A stretch of 60,766 nt of DNA, the filler included, from Globobulimina sp. (Eukaryota), in NCBI GenBank assembly GCA_003354225.1. It is 18 parts of 18 records of this genome, joined end to end, with 100 filler letters (N's around TTAATTAATTAA, not from the genome) between each part and the next. Parts side by side here need not be neighbours in the genome. Positions count along the whole stretch, not along the records: positions 1 to 3,284 come from PIVH01003198.1; positions 3,385 to 6,667 come from PIVH01003199.1; positions 6,768 to 10,050 come from PIVH01003200.1; 15 more parts are not named here. One strand, 5' to 3'. A program made the translations under genes and the position numbers. This document shows positions 1 to 10,150 of this stretch, one piece after another. How positions within the stretch are numbered: the stretch's first letter is position 1; each line of letters starts with the position of its first letter. The notes beneath the pieces are model-generated. The model searched no databases and was not told where the DNA came from. It saw nothing but the letters and a program-made list of their open reading frames with translations.

Positions 1-2
1 GG

Positions 3-1142
3 GATAGGTTTGAAGAAGAATTTTTTTCTGAACGTGGAATGGTTGATGATCATGGAAGTAAGGAACAAAAAGCAGATGTGCTCAGAAAAATGTATGAGCC
101 AATTGATTTTGATACATTTAATTTAAATAATGAATATCCAGAGGTTTTGGCACAATATGCACAGAGTCCATGGGAGTTCTTTAATAAACATGTCGGTGAA
201 AGTGTTGCAAGAACTCCTGAATTTAGCTGTGTTAAAAGTTATCGTGCTTTTGTTCGTATGATAGGAACGATTATGCGCACTGTGATTAGAACGGATGGGA
301 TTTCAGTACAAAATGCAAGAGTAGTTACATTGGATGGATTCTCTGCAATGTTAGAAGAAGCAGTCGGTTATTTGAATGCATTGGATTTTGGCACTAAAGC
401 GGTATACGAACAAATTGCATCGAAGTGTTGCAGAAATATGGTTAAAAAAATGTTTGATAGTGGTGCCACTTACAAAGGTCACTTAATTGAGCGTATTGTA
501 AGCATTATGGAGACTGAAGTAATAAGCGATCCATCGACAGTACCGGGAAATCCTCGATTTAAGCAAATAAAGGCAACGTATATTGAAGAGGGAAAATTGC
601 AATTAAGCAAAATGTTACCCATTTTATGGACAAACATTAGAAGTGAATGTGAACAAACATTTGATGAGGAATTTGATGTATTATTGAGAGATAAAACAGG
701 TATCGCAGCATGGCAAAGAGAACACGATTCACGAATAGCTTCAGACGCACAATGGCAAAGACAATGGCAAAAAGAACACGATGCACGAGAAGCTGCAGAG
801 GCTCAATTAGCTCGAGCTCAATGGCTAGGAATGGTTGTTGAGCATTGGCGGGAATTATTGATAGGAACAGTTGTTTCAGTGGTAGCATTATGGATATTTT
901 TCAAAGTCATAAAAGTGATTAATTGTTGCAATGAATTATGTGGAAGATCCAAATATCCGGGCGAGACAAGAAAATTAGTCGCAAAACTGAATAAAGTGTT
1001 AGATGAAAATGCAACATGCACAGAAATTGCTGAGATTGGAAATCATGTGAATCAATCAGAAAATGTATCAATTATTCTGACAGATGCTAAAGAAAATGGA
1101 CAGTCATTGGTTGCAAAAGATAACAAAGAAATGACGAAATAG
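3..1142 (+). CDS. Hypothetical protein with coiled-coil and one C-terminal transmembrane helix, probably 5'-truncated
   Basis: 367-aa ORF from ATG 39; frame is open back to the contig start; internal 18-aa repeat WQREHDSRIASDAQ/WQKEHDAREAAEAQ; TM LLIGTVVSVVALWIFF. Confidence 0.6.
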   Translation, partial: DRFEEEFFSERGMVDDHGSKEQKADVLRKMYEPIDFDTFNLNNEYPEVLAQYAQSPWEFFNKHVGESVARTPEFSCVKSYRAFVRMIGTIMRTVIRTDGISVQNARVVTLDGFSAMLEEAVGYLNALDFGTKAVYEQIASKCCRNMVKKMFDSGATYKGHLIERIVSIMETEVISDPSTVPGNPRFKQIKATYIEEGKLQLSKMLPILWTNIRSECEQTFDEEFDVLLRDKTGIAAWQREHDSRIASDAQWQRQWQKEHDAREAAEAQLARAQWLGMVVEHWRELLIGTVVSVVALWIFFKVIKVINCCNELCGRSKYPGETRKLVAKLNKVLDENATCTEIAEIGNHVNQSENVSIILTDAKENGQSLVAKDNKEMTK

Positions 1143-1870
1143 CACATATTCTTTCGTTTGTGATGCAATTGTAATTAACTAAATATTTCCGATCCACCAT
1201 TAGAACTTTCTAAACATGCAACATAATCGAAATTAACTGCTCGCTTTGCATGAATCCTAAATTGATTGTAAAAAAAAAACAAAAGAAGGAGAACAAGATA
1301 AGAGTATCTAGTTCGTCTAATAAACATCAAATTTTTTCTCGAATTGTTTTGGTCACAAATCGATACTTATGAGGCTGTGTCTCTTGCTTGCTTTTCCTTC
1401 TTGCTTTGAAATTAATTTAGCAATACAGTTTTAAGCAACAAAATATGACAAGATTGAAACTATGGGATTTATGTTCCTTTTACAGTGGACCACGTAATTC
1501 AGGAATGACTAGGTGTTTCATTTTGGTTTATATATTGTTTGCAGCCAGGTTTGTTTTAAGTACTAAGGTTTTTTCCAATTGTTTTATTTAAATCTAGAAT
1601 CGACATTCTCATTATGCTGGTGGCCATGGTTATTCTGATAACGATTCTGGTGGTAATCGGATTTCTATATGTAAAGTGATAAAATTAAATATTTTGTACC
1701 AATGTGGACAAATATAGCAACAAAAAACGTGTCCATTTCCGCAGTAACAGTGAAACAAATTTCGTATATCTATAGCACAAACAGCGCAAAAGCGCAAGTT
1801 TTATGAAAAAGACGCATGAAAAGGGATGGAAAAATTGGGAATAAAATTTTATTATTATTATTATTTAATA

Positions 1871-2794
1871 TTAAACAACGTTGGATGCATAATCTGCATC
1901 ATTTACACCAATATGTTCATACTTATTTTTGTTATCTTTAACAGATTTCATTTGATATCGGCCAAATGCATAACAACCAGCACATGTAACCATATTTACT
2001 AATGCAATAAATACAAAACATAAACAAAACATTAAAGCCATTACTAATATCGATGTTGGATCAACAAATGGTGATTTAACATATGGAGATTCCACATATT
2101 TTACACCATTACCATTATACCCATATTCATTCACATAATCATAAGTATCTCCATAAATACCACGTGCACCATAAGTATTGCTATATTCTTGATTCGCACG
2201 AACCGAATCCAATAATATTTTACCCTTTGGGGAGGCTGCCCATGTTTGATAATTCGCAGTTTCATCAAAACGTGCGTCTACAATGAGATCTGAGACGAGT
2301 TTAAATTGTTTTTTTTCAGCAATAACCCATTCACCTTCATATGGATTGGATTCTGTCAACCAATCACCGCCAGCAGCTGCAACTAACGCGCGTTTATTTT
2401 TGCCGAGAAGATTGATTTCCTGCACCGCCTCAGCTTTGACATATTTCTCAATAATGGCAGTAAGTAATGGTTTGGCACTGGCTGGGTTTGTGTCGTATGC
2501 AATTTTGGCATCAGCTAAGTCTGATAAAAAATGAATAACCTCCGGAGAATAACATTTTACTGATATGAAATGTATTAATGCATCGTAATATGAATCCCAT
2601 ACACTATTGTGTTTATCTTTAAATTTACTCTGTATAAGTGTCTGTATTGTCGGCGGTGCCTTTGCATGATAACTCGTTGTCTTATGTACGTGTTCAACAT
2701 CTTTTGCAAACTGTTCCAAACCCCTTTTCTGCACTTTCCCTTTGCCTTTTCCTGATGATATTTTGCTTGCTATGCCACTCAACGTGGTGCCCAT
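1871..2794 (-). CDS. RGS (regulator of G-protein signalling) domain protein with N-myristoylation motif and C-terminal TM helix
   Basis: MGTTLS start; FISVKCYSPEVIHFL...AIIEKYVKAEAVQEINL...AEKKQFKLV..DARFDETANY follows the RGS consensus; hydrophobic ILVMALMFCLCFVFIALV. Confidence 0.72.
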   Translation of the reverse strand: MGTTLSGIASKISSGKGKGKVQKRGLEQFAKDVEHVHKTTSYHAKAPPTIQTLIQSKFKDKHNSVWDSYYDALIHFISVKCYSPEVIHFLSDLADAKIAYDTNPASAKPLLTAIIEKYVKAEAVQEINLLGKNKRALVAAAGGDWLTESNPYEGEWVIAEKKQFKLVSDLIVDARFDETANYQTWAASPKGKILLDSVRANQEYSNTYGARGIYGDTYDYVNEYGYNGNGVKYVESPYVKSPFVDPTSILVMALMFCLCFVFIALVNMVTCAGCYAFGRYQMKSVKDNKNKYEHIGVNDADYASNVV

Positions 2795-3284
2795 GATTTA
2801 AGTTTTTTTTTTAGACGTAAAAATAAAATTAAACACAGATTTTGGTGCTACAAGTTTTTTAGCTCAGCATGGGTGCTTGTCAGGCATCTCAAAAAGCAAA
2901 CCACCGAGCATTCTCTGAAAATGAAGAAGAGAAACGGTCAATGAAAGAGAAATCCATGATTGACAACGTTCACATAGAATATCCATGATTGAAATCCATG
3001 ATTGTCTGGATCTTTGCTTCTTCAGTTATGGCTGCAATCGGGAGGAAATATTATATCTACAAATGTGTCAAATGTATCAGTATCACATTCTAAAACTATG
3101 ACTTTAAGAATTACGCGCGTTTTGATACTCAAAGCAATTTAAAATCATTATCTCCAGACTTCTTGGTCAATATTTGTACGGCAGGATAATAGATTTTATT
3201 TTTGTCTTTCAATTCTGCCTCAAACACAAATTCACCATTTTTCCAAAAACAAACTGTCCAAAAATTACAATCCAATCGAACTCT

Positions 3285-3384
3285 NNNNNNNNNNNNNNNN
3301 NNNNNNNNNNNNNNNNNNNNNNNNNNNNTTAATTAATTAANNNNNNNNNNNNNNNNNNNNNNNNNNNNNNNNNNNNNNNNNNNN
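3285..3384. other. Artificial contig spacer (44 N + TTAATTAATTAA + 44 N); recurs at 6668, 10051, 13434, 16816, 20198, 23580, 26962, 30344, 33725, 37106, 40487, 43867, 47247, 50627, 54007, 57387
   Basis: Identical 100-nt N-padded six-frame-stop linker every ~3.38 kb; flanking contigs decrease monotonically in length from 3284 to 3280 bp. Confidence 0.98.
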
Positions 3385-3406
3385 TGTTTAGAAGTGTGAA
3401 CCTATC

Positions 3407-5396
3407 ATGGCAGTGTTGCTCGTTTGTTTGATTACATGTTGCGTTATGCATTATGTTAATAGCGCATCAAGCTGCAATGGTCAAGAATGTACAGAATGGA
3501 GTAATCAAATTCCATATATTGAAATTTCAGAGTTACGCGAGGCATATGATTTCATAGTGATTGGTGCCGGTGCTTCAGGATCCGTATTAGCCACACGTTT
3601 AGCACTAGACCCATCACATCCGAATGTATTATTGTTAGAAGCAGGCAATAAAGCAAATACATCATCATTGTCATTTGAGATGTTGCCACCAATGTCATTC
3701 GAGAACCAATTAACTGAAATCGACTGGTCATTCAAAACTGTTCCACAAAAAACATGTTGTCAAGGTTTGCTAAACCGACAATGTTTATGGCCACGAGGTA
3801 AAGTAATGGGTGGTTCTACGGTGTTAAATACAATGTTTTGGGTTTATGGTAATCCGAATGATTGGGACCAAATATTCAAAATTGATGGATGGAGTTCAAA
3901 AGATGTACTGCCATATTTCCATAAAATTGAAAATTATCATTCTTATCCATACAACGAAGCATATCAAGGTAATCGAGGCAAAAATGGACCAATTGAGATC
4001 AACGAAGTGAGAAATTTACTAAACGCAGATACTGCAATGCTTACAAATAAGTTCATCGCAGCATGTGTTGATTCTGGATATTTATTTATTGACGATATAA
4101 ATGATTGGGAGGCAAACAATGATGACATTGGCTGTCATTATGCGCAAAATAACATTGAATATCAAGCTGGAACAAGAATTAATGCCTTCGTTGGTTATAT
4201 GAAATATTTAATTAATTCCCCAGATTTCCAGCAGCAGAATGTTAATTTGGATATTTTATCGAATGCGTTTGTTACTAAAATTAATGTAGCAAAAAAGGAT
4301 AAGTTTAACAAAGATAAACATGTCGCCACCGGCGTTGAATTCATTTATGACAATAACAAAGATAGAAAATATTTTATTGGTTTACAATCTGTAGAAAGAG
4401 GCGAAATTATAATAAGTGCGGGTACGATTAACACGCCACACTTGTTAATGTTAAGTGGTTTTGGACCAGAAAATGAATTAAAACGACATAATATTGATAT
4501 TATTGAGGCCATTCCAGCCGTTGGCCAAGATTTACAGGATCATATATTCGTTCCTATTACATTCCATTTGAAAGCGGAATATTTCGATAAAGTGATTACA
4601 TTGAATTCAATCGGAGAAAACTTAAAAACATCAGGTATTTGGCCGGCTTATTTGTATATAAATGTATAACAAAGTTATTCCAAATAACTTAGGTTTGGAA
4701 GCGAATGTGTTCATTCAAACAAACATTACAAAGGAAAGGTATGGTGAAGATACAAAATGGCCGGATGTTAAATTTCATTTTGTCCGACTTGGAGGGCTTG
4801 CAATGTCAGGGCGTTATTTTAATTATATTGAAAGCGAAGGAATGAATTTACTGAGATGTGGTGATAAGAAATATTATGAGGATGTAAATAATATTCAAGC
4901 ATTCATGGCGTCGATAATTTTGGAGCATCCAGAGTCGAGAGGAGAGATTAAATTATTTTCTTCCGATCCATTTCAACATCCAATGATTGATCCAAAATAT
5001 TTAAGTGCTGACTATGATGTTAATGTATTAAAGGAGGGCTATAAATTATATGTTGCATTATTTGATAATATGAAAGATGTTTGGGACGAAAGAATAAAAT
5101 GTGATATGTTTGGTGATATAGATATTGATGATAAGGCGTTGGAACAATGGATAAGAGCTATTGTTGTGACCCAATGGCATGCAGTGGGAACTTGTAAAAT
5201 GGGCAACGATGTTGACGATGAGAGTGTTGTGGTTGATAAAGAATTGAGGTTGAAGAAAACAGTCAATATACGGATTGCAGATGCGAGCATTTTACCAAAT
5301 GTGGTGTCTGGTAATACCCAGTCCGCGTGTTATATGATTGGGGAAAGAGCTGCTACTTTTATTTTAAAAAAATGGAATCTTAATTCCCCTGTTTAA
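3407..5396 (+). CDS. Secreted GMC oxidoreductase (glucose/choline dehydrogenase-like), 2 exons, intron 4635-4692
   Basis: Signal peptide; YDFIVIGAGASG FAD motif; WPRGKVMGGSTVLN; VGQDLQDH; WHAVGTCKMG; ADASILP..VSGNT. A 58-nt GTATTT..TAG intron joins the two ORFs in frame (KTSG-LEAN). Confidence 0.93.
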
Positions 5397-5470
5397 TAAC
5401 TTTAATACTAAATAATTATAATACTTGCTACGTTTTTCAAAAAACTGCGACAGCACAAGCCTAAAGTCCA

Positions 5471-6496
5471 ATGGATTCGACCGAACAGGAATGGTATTAT
5501 GTAGATATTGATGGAGCAGCAAAAGGTCCAATAACTACTGAAGATGTCAAAGAATTACCATTAGATGTATTTGTATGGAATGGCACCACCGTTAATCAGT
5601 GGACAGAACTCAAAGAGATACTATCATTGGTTTATGATGATGACGATGATGAGGATGAAGATGATGAACCAAACAATGTTCACTGTAAACCCAAACTGAA
5701 GAATTATTGGAGTATAACCAACAAAATGAACCAAATCAATGTGGAATCTCCATCGATCAGTATAATACCCAAAATTGTTTTGGATTTTAGTAAACGTGCC
5801 ATCCCAGAAAGCAATCCCGTAGAAATTAAATCAAATTTAGCACAACAATTGAAACATATTGTCATTGAGCAAGACGACTCTCCTCACTCTCCAACGCAAC
5901 AACAAAACGCAGCCAAATCGCGGCTTGGCATCAAACAATCAGTGACAGATATTGCCAATGCGTTTCCTCCGCAGTTCAATCCCGATGACGTTGTGACTGC
6001 CAAATTGGAACAAATAATGGCCACATTGAAGATGACCGAACATGCTCGGATTGCCATGCGGGACATGAGCGAGAATAAAAAACTTCAAGTGATTTAAGAA
6101 TATGATTTTGCGCAAAAATCCGAATTGTTGAAAAAAAAGAATGTGTTGAAAAAAAAGAGACCAATATTTAAAAAAAAGAAAAAAAAGAAAGCAGTTTCGA
6201 GTTTAAAGAGCAAAGAATGGAAATTCGGATTCAATCCCTTGCCAATCATGGTAGAACAGGATGAGATATCGAGTACGATTCAGTCCATGTCACTGGAAAT
6301 CGAACAGAAAGAGTCAGTGTCGGTGTCGGCGTCTCAGACTCAGCCGCCAATGATGTATAATATGAAGAAAGGCGCAAAAGAGGATGAGGATGATAGGGGG
6401 ACCGGGACCATGTCGGCAGAAACGAGTGTTAATAGCAACAACAGCAATACAGAGAATAATGATAGTTTTGATGAAAGTGCATACGATATATTGTAG
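5471..6496 (+). CDS. GYF_2-like N-terminal domain protein with a formin-GBD-like helical motif; in-frame TAA at 6095 probably lies inside an intron (6089-6139)
   Basis: WYYVDIDGAAKGPIT...VFVWNG...W; DDVVTAKLEQIMATLKM..ARIAMRDMSENKKLQ; ORFs 5471 and 6125 share a frame. Confidence 0.55.
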
Positions 6497-6767
6497 AATG
6501 AATAAAATATTATTATCCTTGCACTCAATTTTAATTTGTTTGTGTTGCTTTTTTTTGTGTGTTTTGTTGGCTTTTGTCTTTAAAATAAAAACGTATTTTT
6601 TGGCATATTCTGATTGGGCATGTTTCTGGCCGGTGAATTTGCAGCAAATTTGCATGTTTTGTAATTTNNNNNNNNNNNNNNNNNNNNNNNNNNNNNNNNN
6701 NNNNNNNNNNNTTAATTAATTAANNNNNNNNNNNNNNNNNNNNNNNNNNNNNNNNNNNNNNNNNNNN

Positions 6768-7204
6768 ATTTCACATATTTTGCCTTTTAACCAATTATTT
6801 TTATGTCTTGACCAATACAATAAATTGCATTTTGTTTTCCAATTTTTTCGTTTATTATTTTCTGAATTAATAAATTTTTGTAAATTATCATCTTGTTTAC
6901 TTTCATTTTGCTTACTTTCATTAAATTCAATATTGGGAAATGGTTCTGATCCAACAATACATTGCCAATTCGCATTATTATCATCAAAAATATCATTTGT
7001 ATTGATATAAATGCAAATTTCATTGTTGCCATCAATTCGTTTTATACTCCACACATTATATGCAAATGGCGTTGATGCATCAATTGAAAGTTGATAAATT
7101 CTGTTATTATCAGAACGCTTCATTTCAAATACATTCTGTTTTATTTCTGTATAGTTGCCATTAATATCAATAAAACCAGCGTTTGACACTTTTATTGAAC
7201 GCAT
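6768..7204 (-). CDS. Hypothetical protein, 3'-truncated by the contig end
   Basis: ATG 7204, open to contig end; VSNAGFIDINGNY motif and a Tudor/SH3-like WSRHKNNWLKGKI segment. Confidence 0.55.
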
Positions 7205-7277
7205 TGTTGAAAGCGCAAATTGTTGCCTTTAAGGTTTTGTTGAAGTCGGCTAGTCCTATTATTAAAACGTAAAAGCA

Positions 7278-8008
7278 ATGTCAGAATGTGATATTAAATT
7301 AGTTCTGTTGGGGGACAAGAATGTGGGTTTGTTTTTATTTATTTTGATGCAACGAAGCTGATTCTTATGACTTATACATCAAAAAAAAGGAAAAACGACC
7401 TTATTCAATCAAAAAATGTACGGAGAGCCAATGCAAACCCGCATGACGATGGGTGCATATTTTACAAAAAAAAACTTCACAATAAATGATGAAATCTATG
7501 AAGTAGCAGTATGGGACACTGCCGGCGAAGAGAAATTCCATTCTTTAACCAAAATATATACGCGAGGAGCACACTGCGCCATCATTATGTATGATATCAC
7601 TTTACATTCTTCGTGGCAAGCCGTCAATACTTGGATTGATGAGTTAGACACCGATTCATGTCTTATCATTATTGTTGGCAATAAATGTTAGGTTATACGC
7701 TTAGCTATGTCTCGCAAATTCGCAACAATCAATACCATACAGACGACATTGTGGATAAACACCCAAATAAACGACAAATTAGCTTTGACGAAGTACAGAA
7801 ATTTGCTCGCGACAAAGGGTGTCTTTGTATGGAAGGAAGTGCATTGAGTGGAAAAAATGTAAGTGAAATGTTTGAATCTGTAATACGAAAATATGTGGAA
7901 AGTAATCTCCAATCGAATGGGAATGGAAATAATGACAAATCAAAGGAAAATGCAGTGAATTTGGGCAAAGCAAAGCAAAAGACACCGAGGAGAAGCTCAT
8001 GTTGTTAA
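7278..8008 (+). CDS. Rab-family small GTPase (Rab5/21/24-like group), 3 exons, introns 7327-7389 and 7687-7742
   Basis: Spliced product gives KLVLLGDKNVGKT (G1), WDTAGEEKF (G3), GNKYD (G4), GSALSG (G5) and a C-terminal CC prenylation motif. Confidence 0.92.
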
Positions 8009-8235
8009 TTTGTTGTATAATGTTTACTCCTTTTTGTGCTTGTTTTTTTTCAATAAATTCTCTTAATTATCAATTTCGACATCGCTATCGGCCCCACGTT
8101 GGTTTATAATAAATAGTATTTAATTTAATATTACTTACGATATACAAACTGATACAGAAACAAAATAATAATGTCAATTCACTGTCAATTCACAAAAAAA
8201 ATATAAAAAAATCTATTAAATCAACACAGTCCATA

Positions 8236-9035
8236 TTATTCTTCTTTTTTATCCGTAATATTCCTCTTCTTATTTTGTGGATAATATGAACGTAAATGAC
8301 TCAATAAATCATTTGGTTTTTGCTTAATATCACTTTTCTTATCATATTTTTCGGCAGTTTCAAATGCATCATAGGTTTGCTTACCACTTTCAAGTGCAAG
8401 CGTTGATGGTGGTGGCGTAGTGGGTGGCGGTGTGGGTGGTTTATACGTATATGCGCACGTATAAGTTTGCCATCCGTTGGATGCATTTCTATACATTGTA
8501 TTCGTCGCACAGTGATCACCAATTACACCAATATACATGAGACATTGAGTTTGTTGATGGAAACAATTGGGAGGGTTCCAACACGCCGGTGAATGTATTT
8601 TACGCACAAATGTCCCTGGCTTTTCATAATAACTGTATAGAATACAAAACATATCATATATATATTAATTATTCGCAAAATCGCATACCAATCAAGTTCA
8701 GATGGATTCCAATCAGAATATACGGTGATTAAGAGAGAAATGCCAAAGAATACAGAGAATGCTAATTGTAAATAGACGGGGATGCGGGCAGCGTCACTTA
8801 AATCTTGTTGGATGATTTTGTATTGTAAAAAGTATGTGGTTAATGTAAATAAAAAACATGTTATGCCCAAGAATGCATATCCCTGTGGCCCTGACCCACC
8901 GAGTCCTTTCACCAATGCTATGATTGTTACTGTTATGATAAAAACGGCCACTGCTCCCCAGATTATATACCGCATAAATTTAGCCTTGTACAACATCACT
9001 GTTTTGTTTATATTTGGCAGCTGTTTTTGTGACAT
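8236..9035 (-). CDS. Three-TM membrane protein with Cys-rich domain and Pro/Thr stalk, intron 8633-8688
   Basis: Three hydrophobic helices; a 56-nt GTATGC..TACAG intron joins ELDC-YYEKPG; PPTPPPTTPPPST. Confidence 0.65.
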
Positions 9036-9157
9036 ACTTTAGGTGTTTCATCGTAATGCAATGAATTTACTTCATCCATTGTTGGGTTAGGCTATGGCTA
9101 TTGTCTATGGCTATGCTCTATGCTTTAAGTAAACGGTTTTTCAGTAAAAAAAAGACT

Positions 9158-9799
9158 CTATTTGTGTGATTTTATCCATTGATATAATGCATCTATGTCA
9201 GTAAAAATAGAACCAATTTTTCTGTTATTTATATCAACAAAATGTGACATCAAATTGCTACCTTTTTTTTTATTTCCCAGCATAATACATGGATATTGTG
9301 GTGGCGGAGATAACCAATGTTTATTGACAAACATATGTTTTCTATCACTATAAAATGTATTCAAATATGTTTGGCATGGAACCACTCGGAAATTATGTTT
9401 ATATATATCTTTCAACTGCATCTGTGGTCGAAATGATTTTGTTATATATTGAGTAATTACACAGGGAAATGATAATCTTGTATCCAAATCAAAGATAAAT
9501 GAGTTCAGTACATTTGCTTTATTCAACCATAAAAATATTACATGATAATCCCATAACACTGCTTCTTGATTAGACTGTGCATACCAAATCGGAAATGACT
9601 TGTGTTTATTTGACAAAAAAATTACAAAATAATCATCCATATTCATTCCTTCTTTTCTAATTTTATCACATAAATTCCATACATTTTCCTCACAATAACA
9701 CGAAGTATAAATACATTCACTTTTATCCCAATTTGGCTTTCCTTCCACTTTTACCATATTCCTAACATCCTTTGCGTCAGATTCCTTCTCTTCAGCCAG
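9158..9799 (-). CDS. NTAQ1: Protein N-terminal glutamine amidohydrolase (WDYHV1); start codon uncertain (CTG 9799 or ATG 9757)
   Basis: YTSCYCEENVW, VLWDYHVIFL, FDLDTRLSFP, FYSDRKHM, PPPQYPCI. Confidence 0.92.
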   Translation of the reverse strand: MAEEKESDAKDVRNMVKVEGKPNWDKSECIYTSCYCEENVWNLCDKIRKEGMNMDDYFVIFLSNKHKSFPIWYAQSNQEAVLWDYHVIFLWLNKANVLNSFIFDLDTRLSFPCVITQYITKSFRPQMQLKDIYKHNFRVVPCQTYLNTFYSDRKHMFVNKHWLSPPPQYPCIMLGNKKKGSNLMSHFVDINNRKIGSIFTDIDALYQWIKSHK

Positions 9800-10150
9800 T
9801 GATTGCAGTGTATTGTAATTTACACAAGTTGAGTGCAAGGATATAACATTTATAGCAAGAGTGTGGACACTTTCTAAGAGATTTTCATTCTGTGGGTCAG
9901 CAACATGTTGAACATGTTGTGAATTTTGTTAAACATGTAATCATTTTAAGAGTTTCTATTGTAACTTTAGAGACACAACATGTTGAACATGTTAATCACT
10001 TTCTCCAACATGTTGGCATTTTGATCAGACTGTTCAATTTGGTGCAGCATNNNNNNNNNNNNNNNNNNNNNNNNNNNNNNNNNNNNNNNNNNNNTTAATT
10101 AATTAANNNNNNNNNNNNNNNNNNNNNNNNNNNNNNNNNNNNNNNNNNNN

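Noticed and set aside
2951-3004. ATCCATGATTG x3 upstream of the RGS gene; similar short repeats at 28170-28205, 32213-32256 and 59896-59960
   Set aside because: Short local duplications with no evidence of function
3285-3384. Regularly spaced TTAATTAATTAA palindrome every ~3.38 kb
   Set aside because: Artificial N-padded joiner; ORF ends reading XXX-LIN are artefacts, and cross-spacer gene neighbourhoods are not real
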